Assembly (NCBI RefSeq): GCF_000009045.1
Contig: NC_000964.3
Span: forward strand, 2,728,001-2,792,000
Direction of reading: 5' to 3'
Source of the DNA: Bacillus subtilis subsp. subtilis str. 168
Lineage (GTDB): Bacteria > Bacillota > Bacilli > Bacillales > Bacillaceae
DNA: 64,000 nt
Part shown: positions 27,987-38,557 of the stretch, one piece after another
How positions within the stretch are numbered: the first letter of the stretch is position 1
How the letters are laid out: each line of letters starts with the position of its first letter
Translations under genes and position numbers: made by a program
Notes under the pieces: model-generated
Told to the model about the DNA's origin: nothing
The model's database searches: none
Seen by the model: the letters and a program-made list of their open reading frames with translations, nothing else

Positions 27987-28181
27987 ATGGCAAATAAACA
28001 CACTGCCGGAAGAGAACAATTAGGAGAATTTGCGCCAAAGTTTGCTGAACTTCATGATGATGTTCTATTCGGTGACATTTGGGCAAGAGAAGAAGAACTT
28101 TCATCCCGGGATCGCAGCATGATTACAGTTTCTGCATTAATTACTGACTGTTTCTCAGCTTATAAATCAGGTTCATTTTAA
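27987..28181 (+). pseudogene. yrzP: Truncated carboxymuconolactone decarboxylase (CMD/AhpD) family gene
   Basis: FAPKFAELHDDVLFGDIW...RDRSMITVSAL, then an abrupt stop; no continuation before the adhA promoter. Confidence 0.75.
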
Positions 28182-28201
28182 ATGGTTTTTTTAAAAAACC
28201 C

Positions 28202-28232
28202 TTGCCTTAAAGCAGACTTTAAGGTTTATCGT
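28202..28232 (+). promoter_or_regulatory. adhA promoter with a third AdhR box
   Basis: TTGCCT-19-TATCGT; CTTAAAG-CAGA-CTTTAAG at 28206-28223. Confidence 0.85.
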
Positions 28233-28311
28233 TATGTTGAAGACACCATAAAACATAAATAAGTGCATGTTTTTATTTACAACACTTATGATGAAGAAAG
28301 GATAGGTTCGT

Positions 28312-29361
28312 ATGTGTAATCAACATCAAACCCGTGTATTAAGCGTGTCACATGCAAAAGCCAAATTTGAACAAACGACGATTGAGCGAAGAGGATTACG
28401 GCCGCACGATGTCTTAATCGATATTAAATTCAGCGGCATTTGCCATTCAGACATTCATAGCGCTTTTGATGAATGGGGCGGTGGCATCTTCCCAATGGTG
28501 CCTGGACATGAAATAGCCGGTGTTGTAACAGCCGTTGGAACAAAAGTCACCAAGTTGGCTGTCGGGGACCGCGTTGGTGTCGGCTGTTTTGTTGACTCTT
28601 GCGGAGAATGCGAATACTGTCTCAACGCAGAGGAACAATTCTGCACGAAGGGTGTTGTTCAAACGTATAACTCAGTAGACTACGACGGAAACCCCACTTA
28701 TGGCGGGTACAGCCAAAAAATCGTTGTCACTGACAGATTTGTTGTTCGCATACCAGATCGTTTGGAAATGGATGTTGCCAGTCCGCTGTTGTGTGCAGGT
28801 ATCACAACGTATTCCCCGCTGAAACACTGGAATGTTGGCCCTGGTAAAAAGGTTGCGATTGTAGGCGTAGGTGGCCTTGGACATTTGGCAATTCAATTTG
28901 CACATGCGATGGGTGCAGAAGTAACCGTCCTGAGCCGTTCCATGAATAAGAAAGAGGAAGCTCTGGAACTCGGTGCAAATCATTACTTTGCAACAAGTGA
29001 CCCAGCCACATTCACTGCATTGGCCGGGCGTTTTGACGTGATCTTAAATACGGTATCGGCAAATCTCGATGTAGATGCCTATTTATCAATGCTTCGTATA
29101 GACGGGACACTTGTAAGCGTTGGAGCTCCTGCCAAGCCGGACACATACAGTGTGTTTTCCCTAATCATGGGGCGCCGCAGCATTGCAGGTTCTCTAGTCG
29201 GCGGAATTCAAGAAACTCAAGAGATGCTGGATTTCGCAGCTGAGCATGGCATCGAACCTAAAATCGAAGTCATCGGAGCTGACCAAGTGGACGAGGCATA
29301 CGAACGTATCCTCCGAAGCGATGTCCGTTATCGATTTGTGATTGATATTTCCACATTGTAA
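28312..29361 (+). CDS. adhA: Zn-dependent aldehyde reductase/alcohol dehydrogenase (CAD-like)
   Basis: ICHSD, GHEIAG, CGECEYC...C, GVGGLG and RYRFVID motifs. Confidence 0.95.
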   Translation: MCNQHQTRVLSVSHAKAKFEQTTIERRGLRPHDVLIDIKFSGICHSDIHSAFDEWGGGIFPMVPGHEIAGVVTAVGTKVTKLAVGDRVGVGCFVDSCGECEYCLNAEEQFCTKGVVQTYNSVDYDGNPTYGGYSQKIVVTDRFVVRIPDRLEMDVASPLLCAGITTYSPLKHWNVGPGKKVAIVGVGGLGHLAIQFAHAMGAEVTVLSRSMNKKEEALELGANHYFATSDPATFTALAGRFDVILNTVSANLDVDAYLSMLRIDGTLVSVGAPAKPDTYSVFSLIMGRRSIAGSLVGGIQETQEMLDFAAEHGIEPKIEVIGADQVDEAYERILRSDVRYRFVIDISTL

Positions 29362-29491
29362 TAGGTTAGTCCTTATATGGGCTGCCGCTTTTATTGAAAC
29401 TCACGAAAAATGATCTCTTTAAGCAAATATTTTGAAGGCCGGTCAATCTTCCTGTTATTCTATGAATAGAGAGTTATTAGGAGGGTTTTTT

Positions 29492-30001
29492 ATGAGCAAA
29501 AAAATTGCAGTTCTTGTTACAGACCAATTCGAAGACATCGAATATACAAGTCCGGTAAAAGCATACGAAGAAGCTGGCTACAGTGTTGTGGCTATCGATT
29601 TGGAAGCCGGCAAAGAAGTTACCGGTAAGCATGGCGAGAAAGTAAAGATTGACAAAGCCATCTCTGATGTGGATGCAAGTGACTTTGATGCACTTTTAAT
29701 TCCTGGGGGATTCTCTCCGGATTTGCTTCGTGCAGATGACCGTCCGGGTGAATTCGCAAAAGCATTTGTCGAAAACAAAAAACCTGTTTTCGCAATTTGC
29801 CACGGCCCGCAAGTACTGATTGATACGGATCTTCTAAAAGGCAAAGATATCACAGGCTACCGCAGCATCCGCAAAGATTTAATCAATGCCGGTGCAAACT
29901 ACAAAGATGCAGAAGTAGTCGTCAGCCACAACATTGTCACAAGCAGAACACCTGATGATTTGGAAGCATTTAACCGCGAATCTTTAAACTTGTTAAAATA
30001 A
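29492..30001 (+). CDS. yraA: DJ-1/PfpI-family glyoxalase III/deglycase
   Basis: ATG at 29492 with GGAGG SD; FEDIE, PGGFSPD and ICHG motifs. Confidence 0.93.
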   Translation: MSKKIAVLVTDQFEDIEYTSPVKAYEEAGYSVVAIDLEAGKEVTGKHGEKVKIDKAISDVDASDFDALLIPGGFSPDLLRADDRPGEFAKAFVENKKPVFAICHGPQVLIDTDLLKGKDITGYRSIRKDLINAGANYKDAEVVVSHNIVTSRTPDDLEAFNRESLNLLK

Positions 30002-30005
30002 CAAG

Positions 30006-30038
30006 AAGGCACAGACTGTTCGGGTCTGTGCCTTTTTT
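30006..30038. terminator. Bidirectional terminator between yraA and sacC
   Basis: AAGGCACAGAC/GTCTGTGCCTT plus T-run. Confidence 0.8.
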
Positions 30039-30042
30039 AAAA

Positions 30043-32076
30043 TTAAGACTCCTTCGTTACATTCTGAAAGACAGCAGTCGCGTCCCACACATTCAAGCCA
30101 AATTGGCCTTCTGAAAATACGGAATCATGTGCATCAATCACAAGACGATCATCTAAATAGATTTTAAAGCGATCGCCCTCGGCCTCTGTTTTCAGATGAT
30201 ACTTTTTATTAACGTCTATCGGTGTTTTGTATTCAGCAATGACAGAAGCAGCACCGTTCTCAAATTTAAAGAATTTCACTAGGTCATGCTTCGCATCCAC
30301 ATTGGCAAGGTAACCGTTTTTGGCATCTTTGTCAGAGCGAAACATTAGTGCTCCTGCCCCTCTTCCGTTTCCATCCTTAATGGTGATATCAGATTCATAA
30401 GTGAAGTCTGACCCGGATGCTGAAGACAAGATAAAGGAATCGCCGTCCGACCTCCCTTGTTTCCCCTCAATTGTGTCTGCCCACGTGCCATTTACAGTCG
30501 TCCAGCCAGTCATATTGGACATAAAAGGTGTCGTTCCCCATACCTTTTTTAAAGGGTGTATCGTTAAAGATTTTACCTTTACACCGCCATTTGCAGCATA
30601 TAATTCAAGCCCTTTGCTTGATCGGTCTGGGAGAATAATATCCGTTATGACCTGCTTTCCGTCATTCCCAAATACTTCAACCGAGGAGCGGTCAACAAAA
30701 ATGCGCAACTTAACCTTCCCATTTACCGGCTTCAACGGGGCTGTTTCTTTTCCGGTGTTAAAGGCCGGATTAAAGGTGTCGTTGCCTGACTCGCTCCGGT
30801 CAACGAACAATTTGGCGTTCCTTCGGTCATAGCCGACCTTCGTAAATTGATTTTCACCTGTTCGGACCTTAAAACCAAATTCAGCAGCTGAACCAGGGCT
30901 TACTTTAAATTCTGCATTTATTTCATAGGCATCTCCAGATTGCCCCGCTAACACATTATGACTTGCAGGCGATATGGTCAGATTCTTCCACTTCTTAGAG
31001 GTTCCGCGAATGGTTTCCAGCTCTTTCACCGGTGTTTGGACCACTCTAACCCCTTCGGTAAACGCTTTCAATTTTAACTCTCTTGGAATGGACGTTGCAC
31101 TTCTCCATGGGGATGTCGGAACATCATTCGCATATTGCCAATTGCTCATCCACCCTAACCATAGCCGGCGGCTGTCTGTGGATGGAATATCAGACCAGGA
31201 TACAGCCGCATAAAAGTCTCTGCCGTAATCCGTCCAGAGAACTTTGTTTGGCGGGTTTTCATTTTTAAAATGAGTTCCATCAAAGTCCCCTACAAAATAT
31301 TGCATGCCTGATCCTCCCGAGACCGCTCCGTTTCCGACACTGACCTGCATGACCCATTTCTTTTGATTCGGATTGCCGTCTACCGGAAGCTCAAATAAAT
31401 CCGGGCATTCCCATACTCCCCCGTGGCTTCCTTGATCCTGTCCAAATTCACTTGCATACGTCCACTGCTTCAGATTTTTTGATGTATAAATGAGGATTCG
31501 GTCACCGGCCGCAAGCACCATCACCCACTTTTTTTCTTTCTCATACCAAAAGACTTTTGGATCGCGAAAATCTTTTTTACCCGGGTTTGGAATGACAGGG
31601 TTGCCAGCGTACTTCGTCCATGTTCTTCCTTTGTCGTTGCTATAGGCAATACTTTGCACTTGATGGCCTTCCCGATCCTGTGTATAAATGGCCACAAGCG
31701 GCTTCTCTTTGCCTGTTTGAAAACCGCTTGTGTTATTTTTATCTACAACTGCGCTTCCAGAAAAGATCGTGCCTTTTTCATCCGGATACAGCGCAACAGG
31801 AAGGTGTTCCCATGTAACCAAATCTTTGCTGACGGCATGCCCCCAATGCATGGGCCCCCACTGAAGCCCGTATGGATGGTATTGATAGAACAAGTGATAT
31901 TCCCCAGCATAATATACCATTCCGTTTGGGTCATTCATCCAGTTTGCCTCCGGTGTGAAGTGATATTGAGGACGGTAATCCTCATCATAGTAGCTTGAAT
32001 CGGCTGCATCTGCCGAAAATGCCATAGTCAACAGCAGGGTGAACATGATCATGACTTGAATCAGTCTCTTTTTCAT
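30043..32076 (-). CDS. sacC: Levanase (GH32) with C-terminal carbohydrate-binding domain
   Basis: Signal peptide; WMNDPNG, FRDP and WECP motifs. Confidence 0.97.
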   Translation of the reverse strand: MKKRLIQVMIMFTLLLTMAFSADAADSSYYDEDYRPQYHFTPEANWMNDPNGMVYYAGEYHLFYQYHPYGLQWGPMHWGHAVSKDLVTWEHLPVALYPDEKGTIFSGSAVVDKNNTSGFQTGKEKPLVAIYTQDREGHQVQSIAYSNDKGRTWTKYAGNPVIPNPGKKDFRDPKVFWYEKEKKWVMVLAAGDRILIYTSKNLKQWTYASEFGQDQGSHGGVWECPDLFELPVDGNPNQKKWVMQVSVGNGAVSGGSGMQYFVGDFDGTHFKNENPPNKVLWTDYGRDFYAAVSWSDIPSTDSRRLWLGWMSNWQYANDVPTSPWRSATSIPRELKLKAFTEGVRVVQTPVKELETIRGTSKKWKNLTISPASHNVLAGQSGDAYEINAEFKVSPGSAAEFGFKVRTGENQFTKVGYDRRNAKLFVDRSESGNDTFNPAFNTGKETAPLKPVNGKVKLRIFVDRSSVEVFGNDGKQVITDIILPDRSSKGLELYAANGGVKVKSLTIHPLKKVWGTTPFMSNMTGWTTVNGTWADTIEGKQGRSDGDSFILSSASGSDFTYESDITIKDGNGRGAGALMFRSDKDAKNGYLANVDAKHDLVKFFKFENGAASVIAEYKTPIDVNKKYHLKTEAEGDRFKIYLDDRLVIDAHDSVFSEGQFGLNVWDATAVFQNVTKES

Positions 32077-32232
32077 TTGTTCCTTCGCTCCTCTCTTCAT
32101 GTTTGAACACTTTCAAAAGAGACTGCTGCGCAAGCTGGTCCGTTTCTGGCAATTCTCCTCTGTTTCACTGTTATCCGAATGATTTATATATGAAAAGACT
32201 GCTGCAGTTTCTCTCTCTTTCCTTCACACACC

Positions 32233-33060
32233 TTATGCTAAGAATCCAGCCCAATACCCGAGAATCCCGATGACAAAGATGCCGCAAATAATGAGAAGTG
32301 GATTCACCCCTTTGCGAAGCATCCATGCCACCAATAACGTTAATCCGAGAGGCAGCGCCCCCGGCATAATGCTATCTAGCACGTTTTGTACCGTTTGAAC
32401 ATCTACTTTTCCGCTTTCATCCTTAATCCTGGATACAACGATTGGAATGTTGATGGTGGTCCATTTGGACACGAGAGCCCCCATAACAAATAACCCGAGA
32501 ATCGAAGCGCCCTCTGTAAGCTTTTGAATGCGATTCCCCGCTAAATCCTGAAGAATCTCCATTCCTTTCACATAGCCATACTTTAATCCGTAATATTTTG
32601 TGCTTAATCTTATGGCATTCAGCAAGAAAAAGAATAGCAAAGGACCGGCAATGTTTCCTCCTAAAGCAAGGGAGGCTCCTAGCGCAGCTAAGACAGGACG
32701 AATCGTTCCCCAAAAAATTGGATCGCCTACGCCCGCTATTGGTCCCATCAAACCGATTTTCATTCCGCTTATCGCTTTTCCGTCAATTCCTTTATTGTTC
32801 GCCATTTCTTCTTCCATGGCTGCCGTCACGCCAAATATAGGCGCTGTCAGCCACGGATGTGTATTAAACCATTCCAAATGCCGCTGTAAGGCTTCGTTTC
32901 TTTTCGCTCCGGGACCGTACAATTTTTTGATCGCCGGTATCATGACATAACAATATCCCATTGCCTGCACACGTTCGAAGTTAAAGGAACCGAGTAAAAA
33001 ATTTGAACGAATAAACATGCTGAAAATTTCTTTCTTCGTTAATCGTTTTTCTTTCTCCAT
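32233..33060 (-). CDS. levG: PTS mannose/fructose family EIID
   Basis: SFNFERVQAMG, FNTHP and GVGDP motifs. Confidence 0.96.
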   Translation of the reverse strand: MEKEKRLTKKEIFSMFIRSNFLLGSFNFERVQAMGYCYVMIPAIKKLYGPGAKRNEALQRHLEWFNTHPWLTAPIFGVTAAMEEEMANNKGIDGKAISGMKIGLMGPIAGVGDPIFWGTIRPVLAALGASLALGGNIAGPLLFFFLLNAIRLSTKYYGLKYGYVKGMEILQDLAGNRIQKLTEGASILGLFVMGALVSKWTTINIPIVVSRIKDESGKVDVQTVQNVLDSIMPGALPLGLTLLVAWMLRKGVNPLLIICGIFVIGILGYWAGFLA

Positions 33061-33080
33061 TTTTTCTTCCCCCTCATCGT

Positions 33081-33890
33081 TTAGGCATCAAGATCATCAT
33101 CATCGTCATCATAAACAGCAACACTGCCACTGTCTGATGCGGCCGCGACTGCTCCGTGAGCGCTTTGTTTTTGCATCACCTGCTGGTATAAAAGCGCCAG
33201 ACAGAGACCAAGGGCTCCAAATCCCACTAAGTTAAAATCGGTAAACGCCGCTAATAAGAAACCAATATAGAAAAATGGCTTTAAATAAGGAATATTCATC
33301 ATATTGATCACCATGGCATACCCGACAACCACAATAATGCCTCCGCCTATTTGCAGTCCTTTTGTAATGACATCAGGAATATTTCCCAGGAACGCCTGAA
33401 CAGCGCTGACACTAATTAAAGCAACAATCAATGTAGGAATCATGACGCGCAAAGCTTGAAACACCATCGCGGTAATATGCATAATTTCAATTCCTTTTAT
33501 ATTTCCCGCTTTTGCATATTGATCAGCGCGGTGGATGAAAAAGACAGTGATCGTCCGAACAAAAATCGTCAGCGCCTGACCCGCAGCTGCTAAAGCAACA
33601 GCGACAGCAATCCCTTCGCCAATTCCTTGATCAGCGGTAATAACTAAAATGGTTGAGATGACAGAGGCGATCGCTGTATCAGGTGCCATGGCAAGCCCGA
33701 CGTTCATCCAGCCGAGCGCCATCAGCTCCAGTGTGCCTCCAAGAATAATTCCCGTTTTTAAGTCCCCGAGCACCAAGCCAACCAACGTACAGGCCACTAG
33801 CGGCCGGTGTGTCTGCCCTTCATCCAATACACTTGCGATTCCGGTGATTGCTGCAATGATTAACAACAAAATAATTTGTAATGAAGACAT
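33081..33890 (-). CDS. levF: PTS mannose/fructose family EIIC
   Basis: RPLVACTLVGL...GGTLEL...GW; multiple TM segments. Confidence 0.96.
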   Translation of the reverse strand: MSSLQIILLLIIAAITGIASVLDEGQTHRPLVACTLVGLVLGDLKTGIILGGTLELMALGWMNVGLAMAPDTAIASVISTILVITADQGIGEGIAVAVALAAAGQALTIFVRTITVFFIHRADQYAKAGNIKGIEIMHITAMVFQALRVMIPTLIVALISVSAVQAFLGNIPDVITKGLQIGGGIIVVVGYAMVINMMNIPYLKPFFYIGFLLAAFTDFNLVGFGALGLCLALLYQQVMQKQSAHGAVAAASDSGSVAVYDDDDDDLDA

Positions 33891-33906
33891 ATTCTCATCC
33901 CCTTGA

Positions 33907-34398
33907 TTATTTTGTTACGTTCCGTAAAATCTGTACAAAATCCTCACTGGCATCTGAAGGCAGCTGCCTCAATTCCAGTTTCACGCCCTTGTCACTTAAT
34001 GTTTCAAATGCCTTTATATCTTGTTCTGTGACACTGACTGATTTTGTGATTTGCCTGCGATGATTTTCAAAACGCATTCCCCCGACGTTTACGGTTTTGA
34101 TCGGTACACCTGCTTCTATAAGAGATACAATATCGGACGGATTTTCAAACAAGAGCATTGCCGTTACCCCTTCGTAGCGCGGACTATGAAATGCTTTTGC
34201 CATTTTAGAAACCGAGACGGCACTCGCCTTTACATTTGAAGGCGCAACAGAAAGGATCAGCGTTTTTCTCATTTCGTCCTGAGCAATATCGTCGGAGACA
34301 ACGATGATTCGGTCGGCTGCATGGACTTTTATCCACCTTGTCAGGATTTGGCCGTGAATAAAGCGGTCATCAATTCTTGCTAACACAATGTTCATCAT
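33907..34398 (-). CDS. levE: PTS mannose/fructose family EIIB
   Basis: RIDDRFIHGQ phosphohistidine motif. Confidence 0.96.
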   Translation of the reverse strand: MMNIVLARIDDRFIHGQILTRWIKVHAADRIIVVSDDIAQDEMRKTLILSVAPSNVKASAVSVSKMAKAFHSPRYEGVTAMLLFENPSDIVSLIEAGVPIKTVNVGGMRFENHRRQITKSVSVTEQDIKAFETLSDKGVKLELRQLPSDASEDFVQILRNVTK

Positions 34399-34835
34399 AA
34401 TTCATCCTCTCTTGTATCTTGATTGGCTGTTTTTACTTTTTCTAAATGTTCACTGCACACTTGAAAGCTTTGCTGACTCATTGCTTTTAAGTTGTTCAGC
34501 AAATCTTTGAGAGCCAGATGTTCTCTCAGGCTTAATACCTCCAGCAGAATCGGCAGGTTTACGCCGGCAGCCATATCCATTCTTTGATCCTCAGCAATAA
34601 AGGAAGCTGCCGCGTTATATGGCGTCCCTCCAAAAATATCGACTAAAAAAAGCACTTCATGTTCTTCCGGGATATCCTTGAGCGCCTGATGATATTTTTC
34701 TTGCAGCGTTTGTATTCCTTCCCCTTTGAAAAACGGCACTGCAATCAGGTTATTTTCTTCACCGAATATCATCCCTGAAGACTCTTTTAATGCTATGGGA
34801 AAATCTCCATGACCGCTGATAATAACTGAAATCAT
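34395..34835 (-). CDS. levD: PTS mannose/fructose family EIIA
   Basis: IISGHG, LVDIFGGTPYN and GVNLP motifs; ATG at 34835. Confidence 0.96.
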   Translation of the reverse strand: MISVIISGHGDFPIALKESSGMIFGEENNLIAVPFFKGEGIQTLQEKYHQALKDIPEEHEVLFLVDIFGGTPYNAAASFIAEDQRMDMAAGVNLPILLEVLSLREHLALKDLLNNLKAMSQQSFQVCSEHLEKVKTANQDTREDEL

Positions 34836-34874
34836 ATCTATTGCTCCTTTCCTGTTTTGTACATCCATATATAA

Positions 34875-34890
34875 TGCAAGGATCGTGCCA
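34875..34890 (-). promoter_or_regulatory. SigL (sigma54) -24/-12 promoter of the lev operon
   Basis: TGGCACGATCCTTGCA matches TGGCAC-N5-TTGC. Confidence 0.95.
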
Positions 34891-34899
34891 ACACAGTTG

Positions 34900-34914
34900 T
34901 GTTAAGCGTTTTCA
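34900..34914 (-). promoter_or_regulatory. cre site (CcpA) upstream of the lev promoter
   Basis: TGAAAACGCTTAACA resembles the cre consensus. Confidence 0.8.
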
Positions 34915-34968
34915 TTGTTATTTCAGCCAATAGCAATTTGTTGTTGAAACACTTAAAACGAAAAAAAT

Positions 34969-35006
34969 AAACCTGTATTAAAATGGTGTTCCATTTAATA
35001 CAGGTT
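34969..35006 (-). terminator. Long palindrome after levR (terminator and/or LevR upstream activating region)
   Basis: AACCTGTATTAAAATGG/CCATTTAATACAGGTT; T-run follows on the minus strand. Confidence 0.65.
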
Positions 35007-35024
35007 CATATGAAAAAACTGTTT

Positions 35025-37841
35025 TTAAAACAGCTGGCCATGCACTTCTTCAGCAAATATGGCGGCTATAAATAATTTTTCATCATCACTTATGCGAAGT
35101 CCGAGCTTTTCTTCATAAGGGGCTAATGTTCGCTCTGTCACGTACACCATTTCCTTCAGCTGATCATTGATCTCTTCTTCCTCTGAGAAAGCGATCGGAT
35201 TCTGCTTAATTACCCTTTCAAAGGCGAAAGCCGTGTGCATAATGACTTTGATCAAAACCGCATTATTGAAAATGACCCCCAGCTCATCCTGAACGGTTTG
35301 CAGCCACTCCAATAACATGTCGATCACATGGTGGGGATTCAAGAAGACAAGGTATTTTTTCAGGCTATCCTCGCAAAGCTCCCTGACAATAATATTTGCT
35401 TCGTTCAATCCATTGCTCAAGGAGATGCTTCCTTTTGTAATCGCCTGTTGAATCAGCTTCTCTCCCTCCCCTTCAATTAACACTTCTAAAGATACATGCG
35501 GAGCATTGATTTTAGGGTCTTTCGTTCCGACTGTCGCAAGGATTTCATACTCTTTTTCGATTTCTTTTATGCTGTTGGCCAGCTTAATCGATGATACGGT
35601 CAATATGTGAATGGGGGTATCGGAGGCCTTGTTTACGATCGTGGTTAGAATGTCTTCCAGCTTTTTGGCCGTTCCGCTACCCGTCGTGCAGATGGATACC
35701 AATGCCTTCTTTTTGCCGGATGCCGCTGGCTGACGCTCCCACAACTCGATAAAATCCTTCGTGACCGATTGATAGATCGCATGCAAATTTAAATTCAAAT
35801 AGTTGACCTTTCTGACAGCATCCAGCACCATTGAAGTCGTAACATTGCTGATCGTTTTAATAGAAATGCCTGTCTTTTCCTCCAGCCTGCTTTCCAGCAT
35901 TGCAAGCGACCCCATATCTACCAGCATTAAAACACCTTCACCTTCATCAACCTGTTTCATTTTTTCTGCTACGCATTCAAGAATGTCCGAAGGTGAAACA
36001 GTAAGCGGCATGTCAACTGCTGCAATCGGCGTACTCCCTAGCAGTTCTGTCGCGACTTCAACCATTGAACTCGCCGTGCTGTTTCCATGAGCTGCCACGA
36101 TAATACCGACTCTTTTGTTCTCCTTTAACGATTTGATGGAATGAATTAACATCGTTAAGTAGATGACTTCTATTTCAGGAATAGCCACTTTAAAATATTC
36201 CTGAATTTTATCTTTAAAAATCATCGCCACCCGATATTCTTTCACATGGGTATCACGAATTTCATCTGTCTCCTGTGTATTCAAAACATCAATTTGCTTT
36301 CCTCGCTTTAAAAATGCGTCAATATGCATACTCAAGAAATAAATAAACTTACGGTCAAATGTGCAATCCAGCTCATGTTCAGCTATTTCTTTTAACTGTT
36401 TTGTCATTTGAATCACATCGTCTTCAACGAATGTCAGCAGGTTGTCTTTTTGAAAAGCTTGATGATGAAAAAAACTTCTGACATGCAAATGGACATCAGT
36501 CAAGATGTACTGGTTAATATCCTTTTTGGATAAACCTTCTTTCATAAGCGTTTTCACTTTTTCCTCAATCAAATGATATAAGTTAAATGAGAGGTCTTCG
36601 TCAATTTTTGTTGTTTCATCTTCTACAATCGGAGAGATAATCGTTGTAATATTGACATATTCAGAAATGGCTTTGCTTCTTTGCATGTTTTTGCTGCTGG
36701 ACATCCATTCTTGCTTGATTTCATCAGGCAGATCGCGAACAGTCAGTTCAATAACTTCATTTCTGTCAAGGTTATGCAAAAATCCGTGTGCGCAAACTAA
36801 CTGAACATTTGATTTCAGCTGTCCGACATTCCCAAATTTCGCAGAGTGAATAAGCGCATTATAGACATCGATATGCACACTCAGATTCTTCTTAATTCGC
36901 TCTGCTTCTTTCCCTAATAAAAACGTCGTCAGATCCACTCTTTCATTAAGCGATCGTTCTTCAAGCGAAGGAATATGAATGGTCATTGGGATTCTTCGCA
37001 AAAACGTTTTCAATAGTGCAGAACTCGGATTTTCTGTAGTCGCACAAATAAACAATACGTTCGATGTTCGTTTATGTTCAGATTCTCCAAGCCTGTTATA
37101 AGAACCGCTGTCAATAAAATAAAACAGCATTTCTTGTCCCTCGGGAGGGAGACGGTGGATTTCATCCATAAAAAGAATGCCCCCATTGGCCTGTTCGACT
37201 AAACCCGCCTTATCCTCGGCAGCACCTGTAAATGAACCTTTTTTGTGTCCGAATAATTGAGAAAGCAATAATTGAGGGTTGTTGTAGTAGTCTGCACAGT
37301 TAAATGTAATAAATGGTGCGCCGGCCTTCAATATGTCAGAGTAAATGGCAAACTGGTAAATTCGGTTCGCAAAAAGGGATTTACCGGAACCAGTCGGCCC
37401 TAGGAGGAGCATATGCAGACCGTTCGGCGGATAAAAGACAGCTGCTTTTGCCTGGGAGATCGCTTTCTTCAAACTCCCTTTTGCCCCTATCATAAGCTCT
37501 AGGGGATTCGTGGAAATGTGTTGATGATTTTGCTTTGAATTTCCGGAAAACGCCTGAAGGTCTTTCACTTCCATCATCTCTGTATCCCATTTCTTGTTGA
37601 ATAATTTTTCTGCTATCTCGACTGGGATGTATCTTACAGGAAATGTTTTAATTTTGATGACCTTTTTGGACCGGACGAGATTGTTCAATTCAAAGCTGAC
37701 ATTGGACCGCTCCATTTTCAGCTGCTCGGCAATCTCCTTTGCTGAATTCCCTTGTATTTTTAAAAGATGATCTAAGGTTGAATCATGAAAATTATGCTTG
37801 AGCTGATGGTATATTTTATCTATTCTTCTCACGTCTATCAT
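35025..37841 (-). CDS. levR: Sigma54-dependent PRD-containing activator LevR
   Basis: GPTGSGKS Walker A, GSFTGA, MDEIH; AHGNSTA EIIA-like and CTTGSGTA EIIB-like segments; two PRDs. Confidence 0.97.
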   Translation of the reverse strand: MIDVRRIDKIYHQLKHNFHDSTLDHLLKIQGNSAKEIAEQLKMERSNVSFELNNLVRSKKVIKIKTFPVRYIPVEIAEKLFNKKWDTEMMEVKDLQAFSGNSKQNHQHISTNPLELMIGAKGSLKKAISQAKAAVFYPPNGLHMLLLGPTGSGKSLFANRIYQFAIYSDILKAGAPFITFNCADYYNNPQLLLSQLFGHKKGSFTGAAEDKAGLVEQANGGILFMDEIHRLPPEGQEMLFYFIDSGSYNRLGESEHKRTSNVLFICATTENPSSALLKTFLRRIPMTIHIPSLEERSLNERVDLTTFLLGKEAERIKKNLSVHIDVYNALIHSAKFGNVGQLKSNVQLVCAHGFLHNLDRNEVIELTVRDLPDEIKQEWMSSSKNMQRSKAISEYVNITTIISPIVEDETTKIDEDLSFNLYHLIEEKVKTLMKEGLSKKDINQYILTDVHLHVRSFFHHQAFQKDNLLTFVEDDVIQMTKQLKEIAEHELDCTFDRKFIYFLSMHIDAFLKRGKQIDVLNTQETDEIRDTHVKEYRVAMIFKDKIQEYFKVAIPEIEVIYLTMLIHSIKSLKENKRVGIIVAAHGNSTASSMVEVATELLGSTPIAAVDMPLTVSPSDILECVAEKMKQVDEGEGVLMLVDMGSLAMLESRLEEKTGISIKTISNVTTSMVLDAVRKVNYLNLNLHAIYQSVTKDFIELWERQPAASGKKKALVSICTTGSGTAKKLEDILTTIVNKASDTPIHILTVSSIKLANSIKEIEKEYEILATVGTKDPKINAPHVSLEVLIEGEGEKLIQQAITKGSISLSNGLNEANIIVRELCEDSLKKYLVFLNPHHVIDMLLEWLQTVQDELGVIFNNAVLIKVIMHTAFAFERVIKQNPIAFSEEEEINDQLKEMVYVTERTLAPYEEKLGLRISDDEKLFIAAIFAEEVHGQLF

Positions 37842-38557
37842 CCTTTGTCCTTATTAGATAAGCCATTAACAAGAATATTTCGAAACTTTATAGTCCGCGT
37901 TGAGATTTACACGTTTAAAAAGGTCTCTATAGCAGATTGACAAAGCTGGCTTTTATGCGTATATGTTTACATGTTGAATCATTTGCACCTCATATTAGTA
38001 TGATAGATGCTCAGTTCTGGAGGGCCAGTCCCCTTCAAAAGTAATAATCAGTAAACAGTTTATCATTCTCGGGGAATGTAATGATGTCAAAATAATCAAT
38101 GACAAAAAATGAATCTTATAGATCATGACAAATTACCCAAATATAACCCCTTAAGTTCGTTCACAACTAAAAAGACGGACACTCTATGTGACCGCCACAG
38201 TATTACAATTTGCAAAACTTCGTCATTTTTGCAATCCACATTGGAGGTTAAGGAATCTGTAAGCTTAAAAACTTTATCTCCGATCCTATCGATTTGATCC
38301 CCCTGCCGGCCTCAATCATAGTGGGTATGCAATTATACAAATCGTTACCGATTAAAACTAGCCTGTCAGATTGTCCAAATGACTTTCCTGTTTTACTCTG
38401 CTATTCAGGTAGAATCACGAGTGAAAAATAGAGCCACAAGACATGTAACAGCACTTAAAATAGTTTTAAAATTTAAAAATAAAAGTATCTATTCTTTTAA
38501 ATGTTATAATATCCGATAAAACTTTACTCATCTTTTTATTACTGGAGGAAAATAAAA

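Noticed and set aside
32114-32205. Short direct repeat AAAAGA(GA)CTGCTGC between levG and sacC
   Set aside because: Only two imperfect copies; no array or spacer structure (not CRISPR)
37221-37240. GSFTGA instead of the canonical GAFTGA in LevR
   Set aside because: A known tolerated variant; the intact -24/-12 promoter shows sigma54 activation is normal
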